Below are positions 17,984-28,825 of a DNA stretch of 64,000 bases, piece after piece. The DNA lies in the NCBI GenBank assembly GCA_027622375.1, contig JAQCAB010000009.1, forward strand, positions 743-64,742, in the 5' to 3' direction. Source of the stretch: Bacteroidota bacterium (GTDB lineage: Bacteria > Bacteroidota > Ignavibacteria > UBA10030 > UBA8401). Under the pieces are notes generated by a model. It saw only the letters and a program-made list of their open reading frames with translations, was not told where the DNA came from and did no database searches. The translations under genes were made by a program, and so were the position numbers. Every line of letters begins with the position of its first letter. The first letter of the stretch is position 1.

Positions 17984-20050
17984 ATGGACGAAAAAGAAGA
18001 AATAAAAAAACAAGAACAAAAAAATAAACCACCGCAAGGGAAAAAACTTTTTAATCTAAAAAAAATAAAAGGTGATTCGCCGAACAATTCAAATTTGCCA
18101 AGAATATTTAAAGCAATTATGACTTGGGTTGCACTTATTTTATCAGTTTTCCTAATTTTAAATATTTGGGGAAGTGAAATCGGAACAGAATATGATATCA
18201 CTTTTAATCAGTATCAAGATCTCTTAAATGCAAATACTATTGAAAAGGTTATTATAAAAAAAACAAATTTAAATGATTACGATTTATATGGAAAATTAAA
18301 AACTCAACAAGATGTAGTTTTGCCGACCGGTAAAAAAACTCCAATCCAAAAATTTAAACTTACTTTACCATATTCTAACATTGATGAACAAATTCTTTCA
18401 AAATGGAAAGAACATAATGTTCAATTTACAATTGTTCGTGATGACAATATTTGGTGGAATGCTTTAATTTCAATTCTCCCTTGGATGATATTATTGGGAA
18501 TTTGGATTTTGTTTTTCCGCAGAATGCAATCAGGAGGATCTAAGGGAATTTTTTCTTTTGGTAAAAGCAAAGCTAAATTAATGAGTGGTGATTCATTGAA
18601 AGTTACTTTTGCAGATGTTGCTGGTGCAGATGAAGCAAAATTTGAATTACAAGAAATTATTGAATTTTTAAAAGAACCTGCAAGATTCCAAAAACTTGGT
18701 GGTAAAATTCCAAGAGGAGTTTTACTACTTGGTCCTCCAGGAACTGGAAAAACTTTACTTGCGCGAGCTGTTGCTGGTGAAGCAGGTGTTCCATTCTTTT
18801 CAATTAGTGGTGCCGATTTTGTAGAAATGTTTGTTGGTGTTGGAGCTAGTCGAGTTCGTGATCTTTTTGAACAAGCAAAAAAGAGTGCTCCATGTATAAT
18901 TTTTATAGATGAAATTGATGCAGTTGGTCGCCATAGAGGAGCCGGGCTTGGTGGTGGACATGATGAACGTGAGCAAACTTTAAATCAACTTTTAGTTGAG
19001 ATGGATGGCTTTGAACAAAATAGCAGTGTTATTTTAATTGCGGCAACAAACCGACCAGATATTTTGGATCCTGCATTATTACGTCCAGGTAGATTTGATA
19101 GACAAGTTGTTGTTGATCGCCCTGATGTTCGTGGAAGAGAAGGAATTTTAAAAGTTCATACACGTAAAATTCCATTAGCCGATGATGTTAAATTAGAAAT
19201 TCTTGCAAAAGGATCACCAGGTTTATCTGGTGCTGATCTTGCAAATCTTGTAAACGAAGCAGCTTTACTTGCAGCAAGACGCAACGATACAAAAGTTAGT
19301 ATGAAGCATTTTGAAGAATCGCGTGATAAAATAATGATGGGAATGGAACGCAAATCTTTGATAATTTCAGATCGAGAAAAAAGAATCACTTCTTATCACG
19401 AATCGGGGCATGTGCTTGTAGCAAAAATGTTGCCCGAAGCAGATCCTGTTCACAAAGTTACAATTATCCCCCGAGGACGAGCACTTGGAGTTACAACTTA
19501 TTTGCCAATAGATGAAAAACATACTTATTCAAAAAAATATTTAGAAGCTATGATTACTTATGCTTTTGGTGGCCGCGCTGCTGAAAAAATAATTTTTAAT
19601 GAAGAGACAACCGGAGCAGGTAATGATATTGAACGCGCATCAATGGTTGCCCGTAAAATGGTTTGCGAGTGGGGAATGAGTGAAAAACTTGGCCCGCTTG
19701 CTTATGGTGCCAAAGAAGAAGAAGTTTTTTTGGGCAGAGATATTAATAGAACTAAAAATTATAGTGACGAAACAGGTAGAATTATAGATGAAGAAGTTAG
19801 AAAAATAATTTCTTCTTGTATGAATAGAGCTGAAAAAATACTTTTAGAAAATGTTGATAAACTCCATGCACTTTCAAATGTTTTACTCGAACGCGAAATT
19901 CTTGATGCTGAAGAAATAGATAAAGTTTTAAGAGGAGAAATTTTGCCTCCACTTGTTATTGCAAATAATCCTGAAAAAAAATCTAATATTGCAGTTGTAA
20001 CTCAAGTTTCAAAAAACGGAAAAAAAGTTTCTTCAAAAAATAAAATCTGA
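17984..20050 (+). CDS. ftsH: ATP-dependent zinc metalloprotease FtsH
   Basis: AAA+ Walker [12 protein letters not shown] region and HEXGH zinc site (HESGH). 688 aa with N-terminal TM helices. Confidence 0.95.
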   Translation: MDEKEEIKKQEQKNKPPQGKKLFNLKKIKGDSPNNSNLPRIFKAIMTWVALILSVFLILNIWGSEIGTEYDITFNQYQDLLNANTIEKVIIKKTNLNDYDLYGKLKTQQDVVLPTGKKTPIQKFKLTLPYSNIDEQILSKWKEHNVQFTIVRDDNIWWNALISILPWMILLGIWILFFRRMQSGGSKGIFSFGKSKAKLMSGDSLKVTFADVAGADEAKFELQEIIEFLKEPARFQKLGGKIPRGVLLLGPPGTGKTLLARAVAGEAGVPFFSISGADFVEMFVGVGASRVRDLFEQAKKSAPCIIFIDEIDAVGRHRGAGLGGGHDEREQTLNQLLVEMDGFEQNSSVILIAATNRPDILDPALLRPGRFDRQVVVDRPDVRGREGILKVHTRKIPLADDVKLEILAKGSPGLSGADLANLVNEAALLAARRNDTKVSMKHFEESRDKIMMGMERKSLIISDREKRITSYHESGHVLVAKMLPEADPVHKVTIIPRGRALGVTTYLPIDEKHTYSKKYLEAMITYAFGGRAAEKIIFNEETTGAGNDIERASMVARKMVCEWGMSEKLGPLAYGAKEEEVFLGRDINRTKNYSDETGRIIDEEVRKIISSCMNRAEKILLENVDKLHALSNVLLEREILDAEEIDKVLRGEILPPLVIANNPEKKSNIAVVTQVSKNGKKVSSKNKI

Positions 20051-20052
20051 GT

Positions 20053-20703
20053 GTGAGTTTATCTGATCAACTTGTTATTAAAGGGGAAATTGGCAGAAAA
20101 TTAATGCATGTTGGAATTCTTATAATTCCATTAGTTTATTTTTTTGCTGGGAAAGATTTTTCAATTTCATTATTAATACCAATTACAGTTTTTGTTGTTG
20201 GAGTTGACTATTTAAGATTTAAATTATCATTTTTGCAAAAATTTTTTATTTATTTTTTTGGTTGGATGTTGCGAAGCAAAGAAAAAGATAATGGTAAAAC
20301 AAGATTAACTGGCGCATCAAATACTTTGCTTGCGGCATCAATCGGAATTTTTTTTATACCAAAAGAAATTTTTATTTTTTCATTTTCAGTTTTATCTATT
20401 AGCGATACTCTTTCAAGTTTTGTCGGTAGATATTTTGGAAAAAGAAATTTTTTTCATAAAACTTTCGAAGGTTCGCTTGCATTTTTTTTATCAGGATTAT
20501 TTTTAATTTTTGTAACACCAAAACTGACCGATTCATTTGTTGAATATTTAATTTGTGCATTCGGAGTTGCAGTCGGAACTTTAATTGAAGCGCACTCATT
20601 TGTAATTGATGATAATTTTATAACACCACTGGCAATCGGAATATTTTTAATGATTACTTACAATATATTTTTTCCACAACTACAAATCTTATCACTATTT
20701 TAA
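20053..20703 (+). CDS. CTP-dependent polyprenol/diacylglycerol kinase-like membrane protein (CTP_transf_1/dolichol-kinase superfamily)
   Basis: Multi-TM protein with a C-terminal SDTLSSFVGRYFGKR...GSLAFF motif typical of the CdsA/SEC59/phytol-kinase superfamily. GTG start. Confidence 0.5.
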   Translation: MSLSDQLVIKGEIGRKLMHVGILIIPLVYFFAGKDFSISLLIPITVFVVGVDYLRFKLSFLQKFFIYFFGWMLRSKEKDNGKTRLTGASNTLLAASIGIFFIPKEIFIFSFSVLSISDTLSSFVGRYFGKRNFFHKTFEGSLAFFLSGLFLIFVTPKLTDSFVEYLICAFGVAVGTLIEAHSFVIDDNFITPLAIGIFLMITYNIFFPQLQILSLF

Positions 20704-21153
20704 ATGGAACAAAAAACTTTCAGAATTCAACAACTTGCACATGCAAATGGATTAAATCTACCAACTTACTCTACAATTGGAAGTGCTGGAATGGATTTAA
20801 CAGCTGCAATAAATGATCCAATTACAATTAATCCACAAACAGTTGCATTAATTCCAACAGGAATTATTATTGAGGTTCAAGATGGATACGAAGCGCAAGT
20901 TCGTCCTCGAAGTGGACTTGCAATTAAAAATGGAATAACAATTCTCAACTCACCCGGTACAATTGATTCTGATTATCGTGGTGAAGTAAAAGTAATAATG
21001 ATTAATCATAGCAATAAAGATTTTATTGTAAATCGTGGTGATAGAATTGCGCAATTGATTATTTCGCCATTTCAAAAAATTAATTGGGAAAATGTTGATT
21101 CTCTAACAGAAACTAAACGTGGAGATGGTGGTTTTGGCCACACAGGAATTTAG
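20704..21153 (+). CDS. dut: dUTP diphosphatase
   Basis: Conserved dUTPase motifs (RSGLA, NSPGTIDSDYRGE, RIAQL) in a 149-aa protein. Confidence 0.9.
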   Translation: MEQKTFRIQQLAHANGLNLPTYSTIGSAGMDLTAAINDPITINPQTVALIPTGIIIEVQDGYEAQVRPRSGLAIKNGITILNSPGTIDSDYRGEVKVIMINHSNKDFIVNRGDRIAQLIISPFQKINWENVDSLTETKRGDGGFGHTGI

Positions 21154-21192
21154 TTTGTAAAATTAATTTTAGTTATTATTTTAACTAAACTT

Positions 21193-22452
21193 ATGGTAGA
21201 TAAAAAAAAATCGATTCCAAAAAAAAAGATAGTTGCTGATAAAATAACTGAGCAAGGTAATTCCAAATTAAATTATTTTGAAATTTTTCTTTTAATCGCG
21301 TCATTCTCATTATTTGTTCTACTTTTTGTTTTGTTAAAAGAATTAGTTTCACCTTTATTAGTTTTTGTAGCAATAATAATATTACTTCTCCCACTTCGTA
21401 AATATATTTATTTAAAAAATATATTAATTTTTACAGTTTGCTTATTTGTTTTCTGGTTGTTTTATAATTTAAGTGGAATTCTTTTTCCCTTCATTTTCTC
21501 AATAATCTTCGCATATTTATTTAACCCACTTGTAATAAAGTTTGAGAATTCCGGTAATCCGCGCTGGTTATCATCTTTATCAATTGTTTTAGTATTTCTA
21601 TTTTTAATAATTGTTTCTGTAATTTTGATTTTACCAATTGTCATTTCTCAAATTGATTATCTGATTTCAACTTTAGCACCGATTGTAGATAATTTTACAA
21701 ATCCAATTACATCAGGTAAATACGATTCTTGGCTCGAAAGTTATGGCATTAATTCTATCGAACTTAATAAATTGATAAAAGAAAAATTTAATTTTTACAT
21801 TGAAGATTTAATTACAATATCTTTAAAAGGAACTTCAAGTTTAATTTTAGGCTTTGTGAGCTTAATTACAAGTTTGTTGAATTTATTAATTATCCCAATT
21901 TTAATATTTTATTTTTTAAAGGATTTTAATCTAATTTTAGATTCCACTAAAAAGATATTTAATCACAAACAGTTAAATATTGTCTCTGAAATATTTTCAA
22001 GAGTTGATTCGATTTTAAAAGAATATTTAAGAGGAACAACGCTAATCTCAATTATTGATGGAATTTTAGTTTCAATATTTTTCTGGATTATTGGTGTTCA
22101 ATATTCAGTTTTGTTGGGGATTTGTTCCGCGATACTTTATTTTGCTCCATATGCCGGTTTTTTAATTTTGCTTTTATTGGTTTCACTAATAACTTCACTA
22201 ACGCCAGGAACAAATTATATTGATTTGATGTTTTCATTTTCCTTTTTAGTAACACTCCATTCAATCGAAAATTATATTCTAGTTCCAAAAATAATTGGGA
22301 AACATATTGGTCTCCATCCAATTTTAATAATTTTGTCACTTTTCATTTTTGGATATTTATTTGGTTTTTTTGGATTATTATTTGCAATTCCTTTTACAGC
22401 ATTACTTGTTTTATTGATTTCGGATTGGGAAATAATTTTCGGTAAAGAATAA
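21193..22452 (+). CDS. AI-2E family transporter (PerM/YhhT-type permease)
   Basis: Eight predicted TM helices. The C-terminal IIGKHIGLHPILIILSLFIFGYLFGFFGLLFAIP block is characteristic of UPF0118/AI-2E proteins. Confidence 0.7.
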   Translation: MVDKKKSIPKKKIVADKITEQGNSKLNYFEIFLLIASFSLFVLLFVLLKELVSPLLVFVAIIILLLPLRKYIYLKNILIFTVCLFVFWLFYNLSGILFPFIFSIIFAYLFNPLVIKFENSGNPRWLSSLSIVLVFLFLIIVSVILILPIVISQIDYLISTLAPIVDNFTNPITSGKYDSWLESYGINSIELNKLIKEKFNFYIEDLITISLKGTSSLILGFVSLITSLLNLLIIPILIFYFLKDFNLILDSTKKIFNHKQLNIVSEIFSRVDSILKEYLRGTTLISIIDGILVSIFFWIIGVQYSVLLGICSAILYFAPYAGFLILLLLVSLITSLTPGTNYIDLMFSFSFLVTLHSIENYILVPKIIGKHIGLHPILIILSLFIFGYLFGFFGLLFAIPFTALLVLLISDWEIIFGKE

Positions 22453-22472
22453 AACTTCCGATTATAAAAATT

Positions 22473-23153
22473 ATGACTGGAACTTTATATTTAGTTTCAA
22501 TTCCAATCGGCAATAACTTAGATATAACTTACCGGGCAATTGAAGTATTACAAAATTGTAATTTTATTTTAATTGAATCTACAGAGGGGAATAAATTCTT
22601 AAATAAAAATAAAATTACAACTCAAACCGAAATATTTAATGAACATAATCAACTTAAAAACTCAAGTTTAATTATTGAAGATTTAAAAAAGGGTAAAAAT
22701 ATTTCTTTAATATCTGATTGCGGTACGCCATTATTTTCAGATCCCGGATTTAAATTAGTCCAACTTGCTATTCAAAATAAAATAAAAGTTGTTCCGATTC
22801 CCGGAGCGTCATCATTAATGGCTGCACTAATTGTTTCAGGATTTGATATTTCAAAATTTCTTTTCTACGGTTGGTTATCGCAAAAAAAAGAAATCCGACA
22901 AAAAGAATTAATTTCAATAAAAACAAATCCATATACACTTGTAATAATGGAAACACCATATCGTTTAAAATCATTAATGGAAGATGTTGTAAAATATTTT
23001 GGAACAATGCGTAAAGTATGCCTTGCATATAATTTAACAATGCAGGATGAATTAATTATGCACTCCAATACTGGGGAATTGCTTGAAAAAATAAATCGTG
23101 AAAAAATCAAAGGGGAATTTGTATTAATATTTGAGGGATTTAAAAGAACTTAA
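22473..23153 (+). CDS. rsmI: 16S rRNA (cytidine1402-2'-O)-methyltransferase
   Basis: Tetrapyrrole-methylase-fold N-terminus (GTLYLVSIPIGN), the SDCGTP motif and size typical of RsmI. Confidence 0.8.
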   Translation: MTGTLYLVSIPIGNNLDITYRAIEVLQNCNFILIESTEGNKFLNKNKITTQTEIFNEHNQLKNSSLIIEDLKKGKNISLISDCGTPLFSDPGFKLVQLAIQNKIKVVPIPGASSLMAALIVSGFDISKFLFYGWLSQKKEIRQKELISIKTNPYTLVIMETPYRLKSLMEDVVKYFGTMRKVCLAYNLTMQDELIMHSNTGELLEKINREKIKGEFVLIFEGFKRT

Positions 23154-23302
23154 TTTTATTTTTTGTTACCATTTGTTATATTGTTGCGTGGCGATTTGAT
23201 GACAGCTTGCAGCCACTTTGCTGAAATTTAATAGCTAAAGCGTCGATTACTAATAATTTTCGACCCTAGCTTGAAGCTGGGGTTTTTTATTTGTAACTGA
23301 AT
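23154..23302 (+). promoter_or_regulatory. Leader region with intrinsic terminator/attenuator hairpin ending 14 nt before metH start (candidate riboswitch or attenuator)
   Basis: Hairpin CCCTAGC-TTGAA-GCTGGGG then TTTTTTAT at about 23264-23290. Upstream alternative stems GTGGC...GCCAC and GTCGA...TCGAC. A weak GCCACT box is present. Confidence 0.45.
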
Positions 23303-26300
23303 ATGAAGAATTTTTTAACATCGCTAAACGAAAAAATAATCGTCTTTGATGGCGCAATGGGAACTAATATCCAATTGCAAAATTTATCTGCAGATGATTT
23401 TGGTGGAGAACATTTTAATGGTTGTAATGAAAATTTAATATTTACAAAACCTGATACAATAGAAAAGATTCACGCATCATTCTTTGAAGTTGGAGTAGAT
23501 GTTGTTGAGACAAATACTTTTGGTTCTTCATCAATTGTTTTATCCGAATATGGTTTAGAAAAATTTGCGTATGAAATGAATTTTAAATCAGCGCAACTTG
23601 CAAAAAAAGTTGCAATGCAATTTTCAAAAATTTCTGAACCTAAATATGTTGCAGGTTCAATCGGTCCATCAACAAAACTACCATCACTTGGACATATTAA
23701 ATTTGATGAAATGCAGAATTCTTATTATGAACAAGTTGCAGGTCTTGTTGAAGGTGGAGTTGATTTATTAATTGTCGAAACTTGTCAAGATGTTTTGCAA
23801 ATAAAAAGTTGTTTAGGTGCAATTCAAAAATATTTTGAAGATAAAAAAATTAGGTTACCAATTATTACTTCCTTTACAATCGAGACAATGGGAACAATGT
23901 TAATGGGTACTGAAGTTGCTGCAGTTTTAACTTCGCTTGAACCTTACGGAGTTGATGTTATCGGCATGAATTGTGCAATGGGTCCAAAAGAAATGTCGGA
24001 CCATTTACGATTTTTAAGTCAAAATTCTCCAATTCCAATTTCATGTATTCCAAATGCCGGCTTGCCCGAAAATGTTGGCGGTCATGCTCATTACCATTTA
24101 ACACCCGATGAATTTGCAAATTGGCTAACTCATTTTGTAAAAGATTTTGGAATTAATGTTGTTGGTGGTTGTTGCGGAACTCGTCCTGATCATTTAAAAG
24201 AATTGGTAAATCGAGTTAGTAATATCACGCCTGTTAAACGTAAATTTGAATTTGCATCATCAGTATCAAGTATTTATTCAGCTTCGCAATTTGTTCTGAA
24301 TCCCGGTCCTTTTATAATTGGTGAAAGAACAAATGCAAATGGCTCAAAAAAATTTCGAGATCTTTTACAAAAAAATGATTTAGATGGAATGGTGGAAGTT
24401 GCAAAAGATGAAGCCAAAGAAGGTTCACACGCAATAGATGTTTGTGTGGCTTATGTTGGTCGTGATGAAGTTAAAGATATGACAGATTTAATTTTCAGAT
24501 TGAATACTCAAGTTCAAGTTCCACTTGTTTTTGATTCAACCGAAGTCCCCGTAATTGAAGCTGCATTAAAATTGTATGGCGGAAAATCAATTATCAATTC
24601 CATCAATCTTGAAGATGGAGAAGAAAGATTAAATAAAATTCTTTCGCTTTGTAAAAAATTTGGAGCTGCAGTAATTGCATTAACAATTGATGAAGATGGA
24701 ATGGCAAAATCTGCAGAAAAGAAACTTGAAATTGCCAGACGCATTTACAATTTATATGTAAATAATTTTCAGCTTAATCCAGAAAATTTAATTTTTGATA
24801 CTTTAACTTTCACGCTCGGTAGCGGTGATGAAGAATTCCGAAAAGCAGGTATCGAAACACTCGAAGCAATTAAATTACTCAAAAAAGAATTTCCTAAAGT
24901 TCAAACAATTTTAGGAATAAGTAATATTTCATTTGGGCTTGCTCCAAATATAAGACAAACTTTAAATTCAGTTTTTCTACATTATTCAATGGAAGCTGGT
25001 TTATCAAGCGCAATTGTTAATCCTAAAAAAATTATTCCGCTTTACAAAATTGATGAAAAAGGAAGAGAGCTTTGCCGCCAACTTATTTTTGACGAAAGAA
25101 AATTTGAAAACGAGATTTGTGTTTTCGACCCATTAATCGAGCTGATTAATTATTTTGCAGATAAAAAAAGTATTGCATCCAAAACAGAAAAAGTAGTTTA
25201 TAAAACAATTGAAGAAAAATTAAAACATAGAATTATTGATGGAAATAAGCTTGGCCTTGTTGATGATTTAAACGAAGCTTTACAAAAATATTCAGCACTT
25301 GAAATAATAAATACAATTTTACTTGATGGAATGAAAGTTGTTGGAGATCTTTTCGGTCGAGGTGAAATGCAATTGCCATTTGTTCTTCAATCAGCAGAAA
25401 CTATGAAGAGCTCAGTTTTACATCTTGAGCAATTTATGGAAAAGCTTGATACAACTTCAAAAGGAACATTAGTTTTAGCAACTGTTAAAGGTGATGTACA
25501 TGATATCGGAAAAAATTTAGTTGATATTATTTTAACAAATAATGGATATAAAGTTTACAATCTTGGAATCAAACAACCGATAGAAAATATATTAAAAACT
25601 TTTAACGAAACTAAAGCTGACGCAATTGGAATGAGCGGGTTACTTGTAAAATCAACTTTGGTTATGAAGGAAAATTTAGAAGTTTTAAATGAAAGAAATA
25701 TAAAAATTCCAATTGTCCTTGGTGGCGCTGCATTAACTCGAAGATATGTTGAAAATGATTTGCGATCTCTTTACAAAGGAACTGTAGTTTACGCAACTGA
25801 TGCTTTTGATGGTTTACGATTTATGGAAAAATTAAAATCTGAAGGTGAAAATAGTTTTTATGATTCAATCACAGTTGATGCTAATAAAATAGAAACATTT
25901 GATGAAGAAGATTTAACAGGATCTGAAGCAAAAATATCTATTCAATTAAAAGAACCACAAACATCATCAAGTTCGTTTATTGATAAAAATGTTCAAATTC
26001 CGAAAGTTCCATTTTATGGAGCAAAAATAGTTGAAAATATTGCACTTGATGAAGTTTATAAATACATAAATGAAGCTGCATTAATAAAAGGGCAATGGCG
26101 AGTTCGAAAAGGTAAACTTTCGGAAGAAGAATATCAAAAAGTGTTAAAAGAAAAAATTTATCCCGAATTAAATCAATTAAAAGAGTTTTGTAAAACAGAA
26201 AATTTATTAAATCCAAAAGTTGTGTATGGATATTATCCATGTCAATCAAATGGAAATGATTTAATTATTTATGAAGAAGATGAAAAAACTGAAAAACTTC

Positions 26301-26788
26301 GTTTTACTTTTCCACGACAAAAAGGAGACAGGAAATTGTGTTTGTCTGATTATTTTTCTTCAGTTACTTCTAAAAAAATTGATGTTGTTTCATTCCAATT
26401 GGTTACTGCTGGATCAGAGGCATCAAAATATTCTGCAAAATTATTTAGCGAAAATAGATACAAAGACTATTTATATTTTCACGGATTAAGTGTTGAATCG
26501 GCAGAGGCTTTAGCGGAATTATGGCATAAAAAAATTAGAGAAGAATTAAATATTGCTGAAAAAGATTCAAAAGAAATTAAAAAATTATTTTCACAAAATT
26601 ATCAAGGTTCACGATATAGTTTTGGATATCCAGCTTGTCCAAATTTAGAAGATCATAAAAAATTATTCGAATTATTGAAACCCGAAAGAATTGGTATTAC
26701 TTTAACTGAGGAATTTATGATTGAACCAGAGCAATCAACAGATGCAATTATCGTTCATCATTCACAAGCAAAATATTTTAATGTTTAA
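23303..26788 (+). CDS. metH: Cobalamin-dependent methionine synthase
   Basis: 1161 aa with homocysteine-binding, pterin-binding, B12-binding (GDVHDIGKN) and AdoMet-activation domains in the canonical order. Confidence 0.9.
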   Translation: MKNFLTSLNEKIIVFDGAMGTNIQLQNLSADDFGGEHFNGCNENLIFTKPDTIEKIHASFFEVGVDVVETNTFGSSSIVLSEYGLEKFAYEMNFKSAQLAKKVAMQFSKISEPKYVAGSIGPSTKLPSLGHIKFDEMQNSYYEQVAGLVEGGVDLLIVETCQDVLQIKSCLGAIQKYFEDKKIRLPIITSFTIETMGTMLMGTEVAAVLTSLEPYGVDVIGMNCAMGPKEMSDHLRFLSQNSPIPISCIPNAGLPENVGGHAHYHLTPDEFANWLTHFVKDFGINVVGGCCGTRPDHLKELVNRVSNITPVKRKFEFASSVSSIYSASQFVLNPGPFIIGERTNANGSKKFRDLLQKNDLDGMVEVAKDEAKEGSHAIDVCVAYVGRDEVKDMTDLIFRLNTQVQVPLVFDSTEVPVIEAALKLYGGKSIINSINLEDGEERLNKILSLCKKFGAAVIALTIDEDGMAKSAEKKLEIARRIYNLYVNNFQLNPENLIFDTLTFTLGSGDEEFRKAGIETLEAIKLLKKEFPKVQTILGISNISFGLAPNIRQTLNSVFLHYSMEAGLSSAIVNPKKIIPLYKIDEKGRELCRQLIFDERKFENEICVFDPLIELINYFADKKSIASKTEKVVYKTIEEKLKHRIIDGNKLGLVDDLNEALQKYSALEIINTILLDGMKVVGDLFGRGEMQLPFVLQSAETMKSSVLHLEQFMEKLDTTSKGTLVLATVKGDVHDIGKNLVDIILTNNGYKVYNLGIKQPIENILKTFNETKADAIGMSGLLVKSTLVMKENLEVLNERNIKIPIVLGGAALTRRYVENDLRSLYKGTVVYATDAFDGLRFMEKLKSEGENSFYDSITVDANKIETFDEEDLTGSEAKISIQLKEPQTSSSSFIDKNVQIPKVPFYGAKIVENIALDEVYKYINEAALIKGQWRVRKGKLSEEEYQKVLKEKIYPELNQLKEFCKTENLLNPKVVYGYYPCQSNGNDLIIYEEDEKTEKLRFTFPRQKGDRKLCLSDYFSSVTSKKIDVVSFQLVTAGSEASKYSAKLFSENRYKDYLYFHGLSVESAEALAELWHKKIREELNIAEKDSKEIKKLFSQNYQGSRYSFGYPACPNLEDHKKLFELLKPERIGITLTEEFMIEPEQSTDAIIVHHSQAKYFNV

Positions 26789-26791
26789 TTA

Positions 26792-27427
26792 ATGAGCAAA
26801 CTCGTTTTAGTTCGCCATGGTGAGTCGCAGTGGAATTTAGAAAATCGTTTTACTGGATGGATTGATGTCCCACTTTCTCAAAAAGGAATTGAAGAAGCAA
26901 AATCTTGTGGTGAAAAATTAAAAAATTATAAATTTGCAAAAGCTTTTACATCTAAATTAATTCGCGCAAATAAAACTTTAGAAATTATTTTAGAAATAAT
27001 AAATCAACAAAAAATCCAAATTGAATATTCTGTTGCTTTAAATGAACGTCATTATGGCGCTTTGCAAGGATTAAATAAAAATGAGATGATTGAAAAATTT
27101 GGAGCTGAGCAAGTTAAAATATGGAGAAGAAGTTTTGATGTGCCACCTCCATCGCATGTAACAGAATTTAATCCCGATGGAAAAAGTGAAAGTTTAAAAG
27201 ATACTGCAGCAAGAACATTACCATATTTTGAAAAAGAAATTTTAACTGAAATACAAAATGGAAATGATATTATTGTAGTTGCTCATGGAAATTCACTTCG
27301 CTCTATTGTAATGAAATTAAATAATTTATCTAAAGAAGAAGTTTTAGAATTAAATATCCCGACAGGTGTACCATATATTTTTGAATTTGATTCTAATGGT
27401 CAAAAAATTAGCAGCTATTATATTTAA
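26792..27427 (+). CDS. gpmA: 2,3-bisphosphoglycerate-dependent phosphoglycerate mutase
   Basis: LVLVRHGESQWN histidine-phosphatase motif with a second catalytic His in VVAHGNSLR. Confidence 0.8.
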   Translation: MSKLVLVRHGESQWNLENRFTGWIDVPLSQKGIEEAKSCGEKLKNYKFAKAFTSKLIRANKTLEIILEIINQQKIQIEYSVALNERHYGALQGLNKNEMIEKFGAEQVKIWRRSFDVPPPSHVTEFNPDGKSESLKDTAARTLPYFEKEILTEIQNGNDIIVVAHGNSLRSIVMKLNNLSKEEVLELNIPTGVPYIFEFDSNGQKISSYYI

Positions 27428-27569
27428 TAAAAAGCGCGTAGATTTGACCTGCTATTCTTATTTAAAAGGCAACAATTGTAAAAAATTATTCAATAGTTAA
27501 GATATTGTTTTTTGAAATTTGGAATCATTTTGATATTATTGTACTAACACAAAATTAAAAAGGAAAGTT

Positions 27570-27911
27570 ATGGCAACATTTATTACAGAAGAATGCATTA
27601 ATTGCGGTGCTTGCGAACCTGAATGCCCGAATACAGCAATTTATGTTGGTGCAGCACAATACGAATATCAAGGCTCAACGTTTGATGCAATTTCGAATGA
27701 TTTATATTATATAGTTCCTCAAAAATGCACAGAGTGTGTTGGTCACTTCGATCAAGAACAATGTGCCGCAGTTTGCCCAGTTGATTGCTGCGTACCTGAT
27801 CCTAACCATGTCGAGAGTGAAGAATTATTATTTGATCGGGCAAAACAAATTCATCCCGAAAGACAATTTACAGATTTATCAGCAGCAAATTCAAGATTCC
27901 GAAAAGGATAA
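27570..27911 (+). CDS. 4Fe-4S ferredoxin
   Basis: Two cysteine clusters, CINCGACEPECP and CTECVGHFDQEQCAAVCPVDCC. Confidence 0.8.
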   Translation: MATFITEECINCGACEPECPNTAIYVGAAQYEYQGSTFDAISNDLYYIVPQKCTECVGHFDQEQCAAVCPVDCCVPDPNHVESEELLFDRAKQIHPERQFTDLSAANSRFRKG

Positions 27912-27930
27912 AAATTTACAAAAAACTTAA

Positions 27931-27970
27931 CGGTCGAATTCATTCTTTGGAATGAGTCGACCGTTTTTTA
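27931..27970 (+). terminator. Rho-independent terminator downstream of ferredoxin
   Basis: CGGTCGAATTCATT-CTTTGG-AATGAGTCGACCG followed by TTTTTTATTTT. Confidence 0.7.
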
Positions 27971-27979
27971 TTTTATAGA

Positions 27980-28825
27980 ATGAAGATAGGAAAATATAAA
28001 CTCCGCTCGATTGAAACAGGTAGATTTGCTCTTGATGGTGGAGCGATGTTTGGTGTCGTTCCAAAAACTATTTGGGCAAAAACAAACCCACCTGATGAAT
28101 TAAATAGAATTTCTCTTGCAAGCCGTGCGCTATTATTAATTTCGGATGATAAAATTATTCTTGTTGATTCTGGTCTCGGCGAAAAATATAATGACAAACT
28201 AAAAAATATTTACAAATTTGATTTTACAGAATTTAATTTAAAAAAATCATTATCAAAATTTGGTTTATCAACTGATGATATTACTGATGTACTTTTAACA
28301 CATCTACACTTTGATCATTGCGGTGGAAATACAGAAATTGTAAATGGCAAAATTCAAGCAACTTTCAAAAATGCAAATTATTACGTACAAAAGAGTCAAT
28401 ACTTTGCAGCTATAAATCCAACAGAACGGGATAAAGCAAGTTTTATGAAAGATGATTTTGAAATTATAAATTCAAATTCCCAATTTAAATTTTTAGAAGA
28501 TGAAAATACTCCTTTCGAAAATATTAAAGTCAAAGTTTGTAATGGTCATACTTATTCTCAGCAATTACCTTTAATCTCGGATGGTGACAATACAATTTTA
28601 TATTGTTGCGATCTTGTGCCTACATTTTCGCACATTCCTTTTCCATATATAATGGGATATGATTTACGTCCTTTACAAACTCTTGAAGAAAAAAAAATAA
28701 TTTTAACTGAAGCTGCAAAAAATAATTGGATATTATTTTCAGAGCATGATCCAAATACTGAAGCTGTTACTTTAAAACAAAGTGAAAAAGGATTTGTAGT
28801 AGATCAAGTTTTAAAATTTGAATGA
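27980..28825 (+). CDS. MBL-fold metallo-hydrolase
   Basis: HLHFDHCGG (HxHxDH) metal-binding motif and downstream His/Asp ligands. Confidence 0.7.
   Translation: MKIGKYKLRSIETGRFALDGGAMFGVVPKTIWAKTNPPDELNRISLASRALLLISDDKIILVDSGLGEKYNDKLKNIYKFDFTEFNLKKSLSKFGLSTDDITDVLLTHLHFDHCGGNTEIVNGKIQATFKNANYYVQKSQYFAAINPTERDKASFMKDDFEIINSNSQFKFLEDENTPFENIKVKVCNGHTYSQQLPLISDGDNTILYCCDLVPTFSHIPFPYIMGYDLRPLQTLEEKKIILTEAAKNNWILFSEHDPNTEAVTLKQSEKGFVVDQVLKFE

Noticed and set aside
23154-23302. tRNA gene in the rsmI-metH gap
   Set aside because: No cloverleaf-compatible sequence. It lacks the GTTC(G/A)A T-loop and acceptor-stem complementarity. The structure is better explained as a terminator/attenuator.
27736-27930. 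64-aa ORF overlapping the 3' end of the ferredoxin gene in another frame
   Set aside because: It lies entirely within or adjacent to a well-supported ferredoxin CDS and its terminator. It is K/Q-rich and without motif, and probably spurious.
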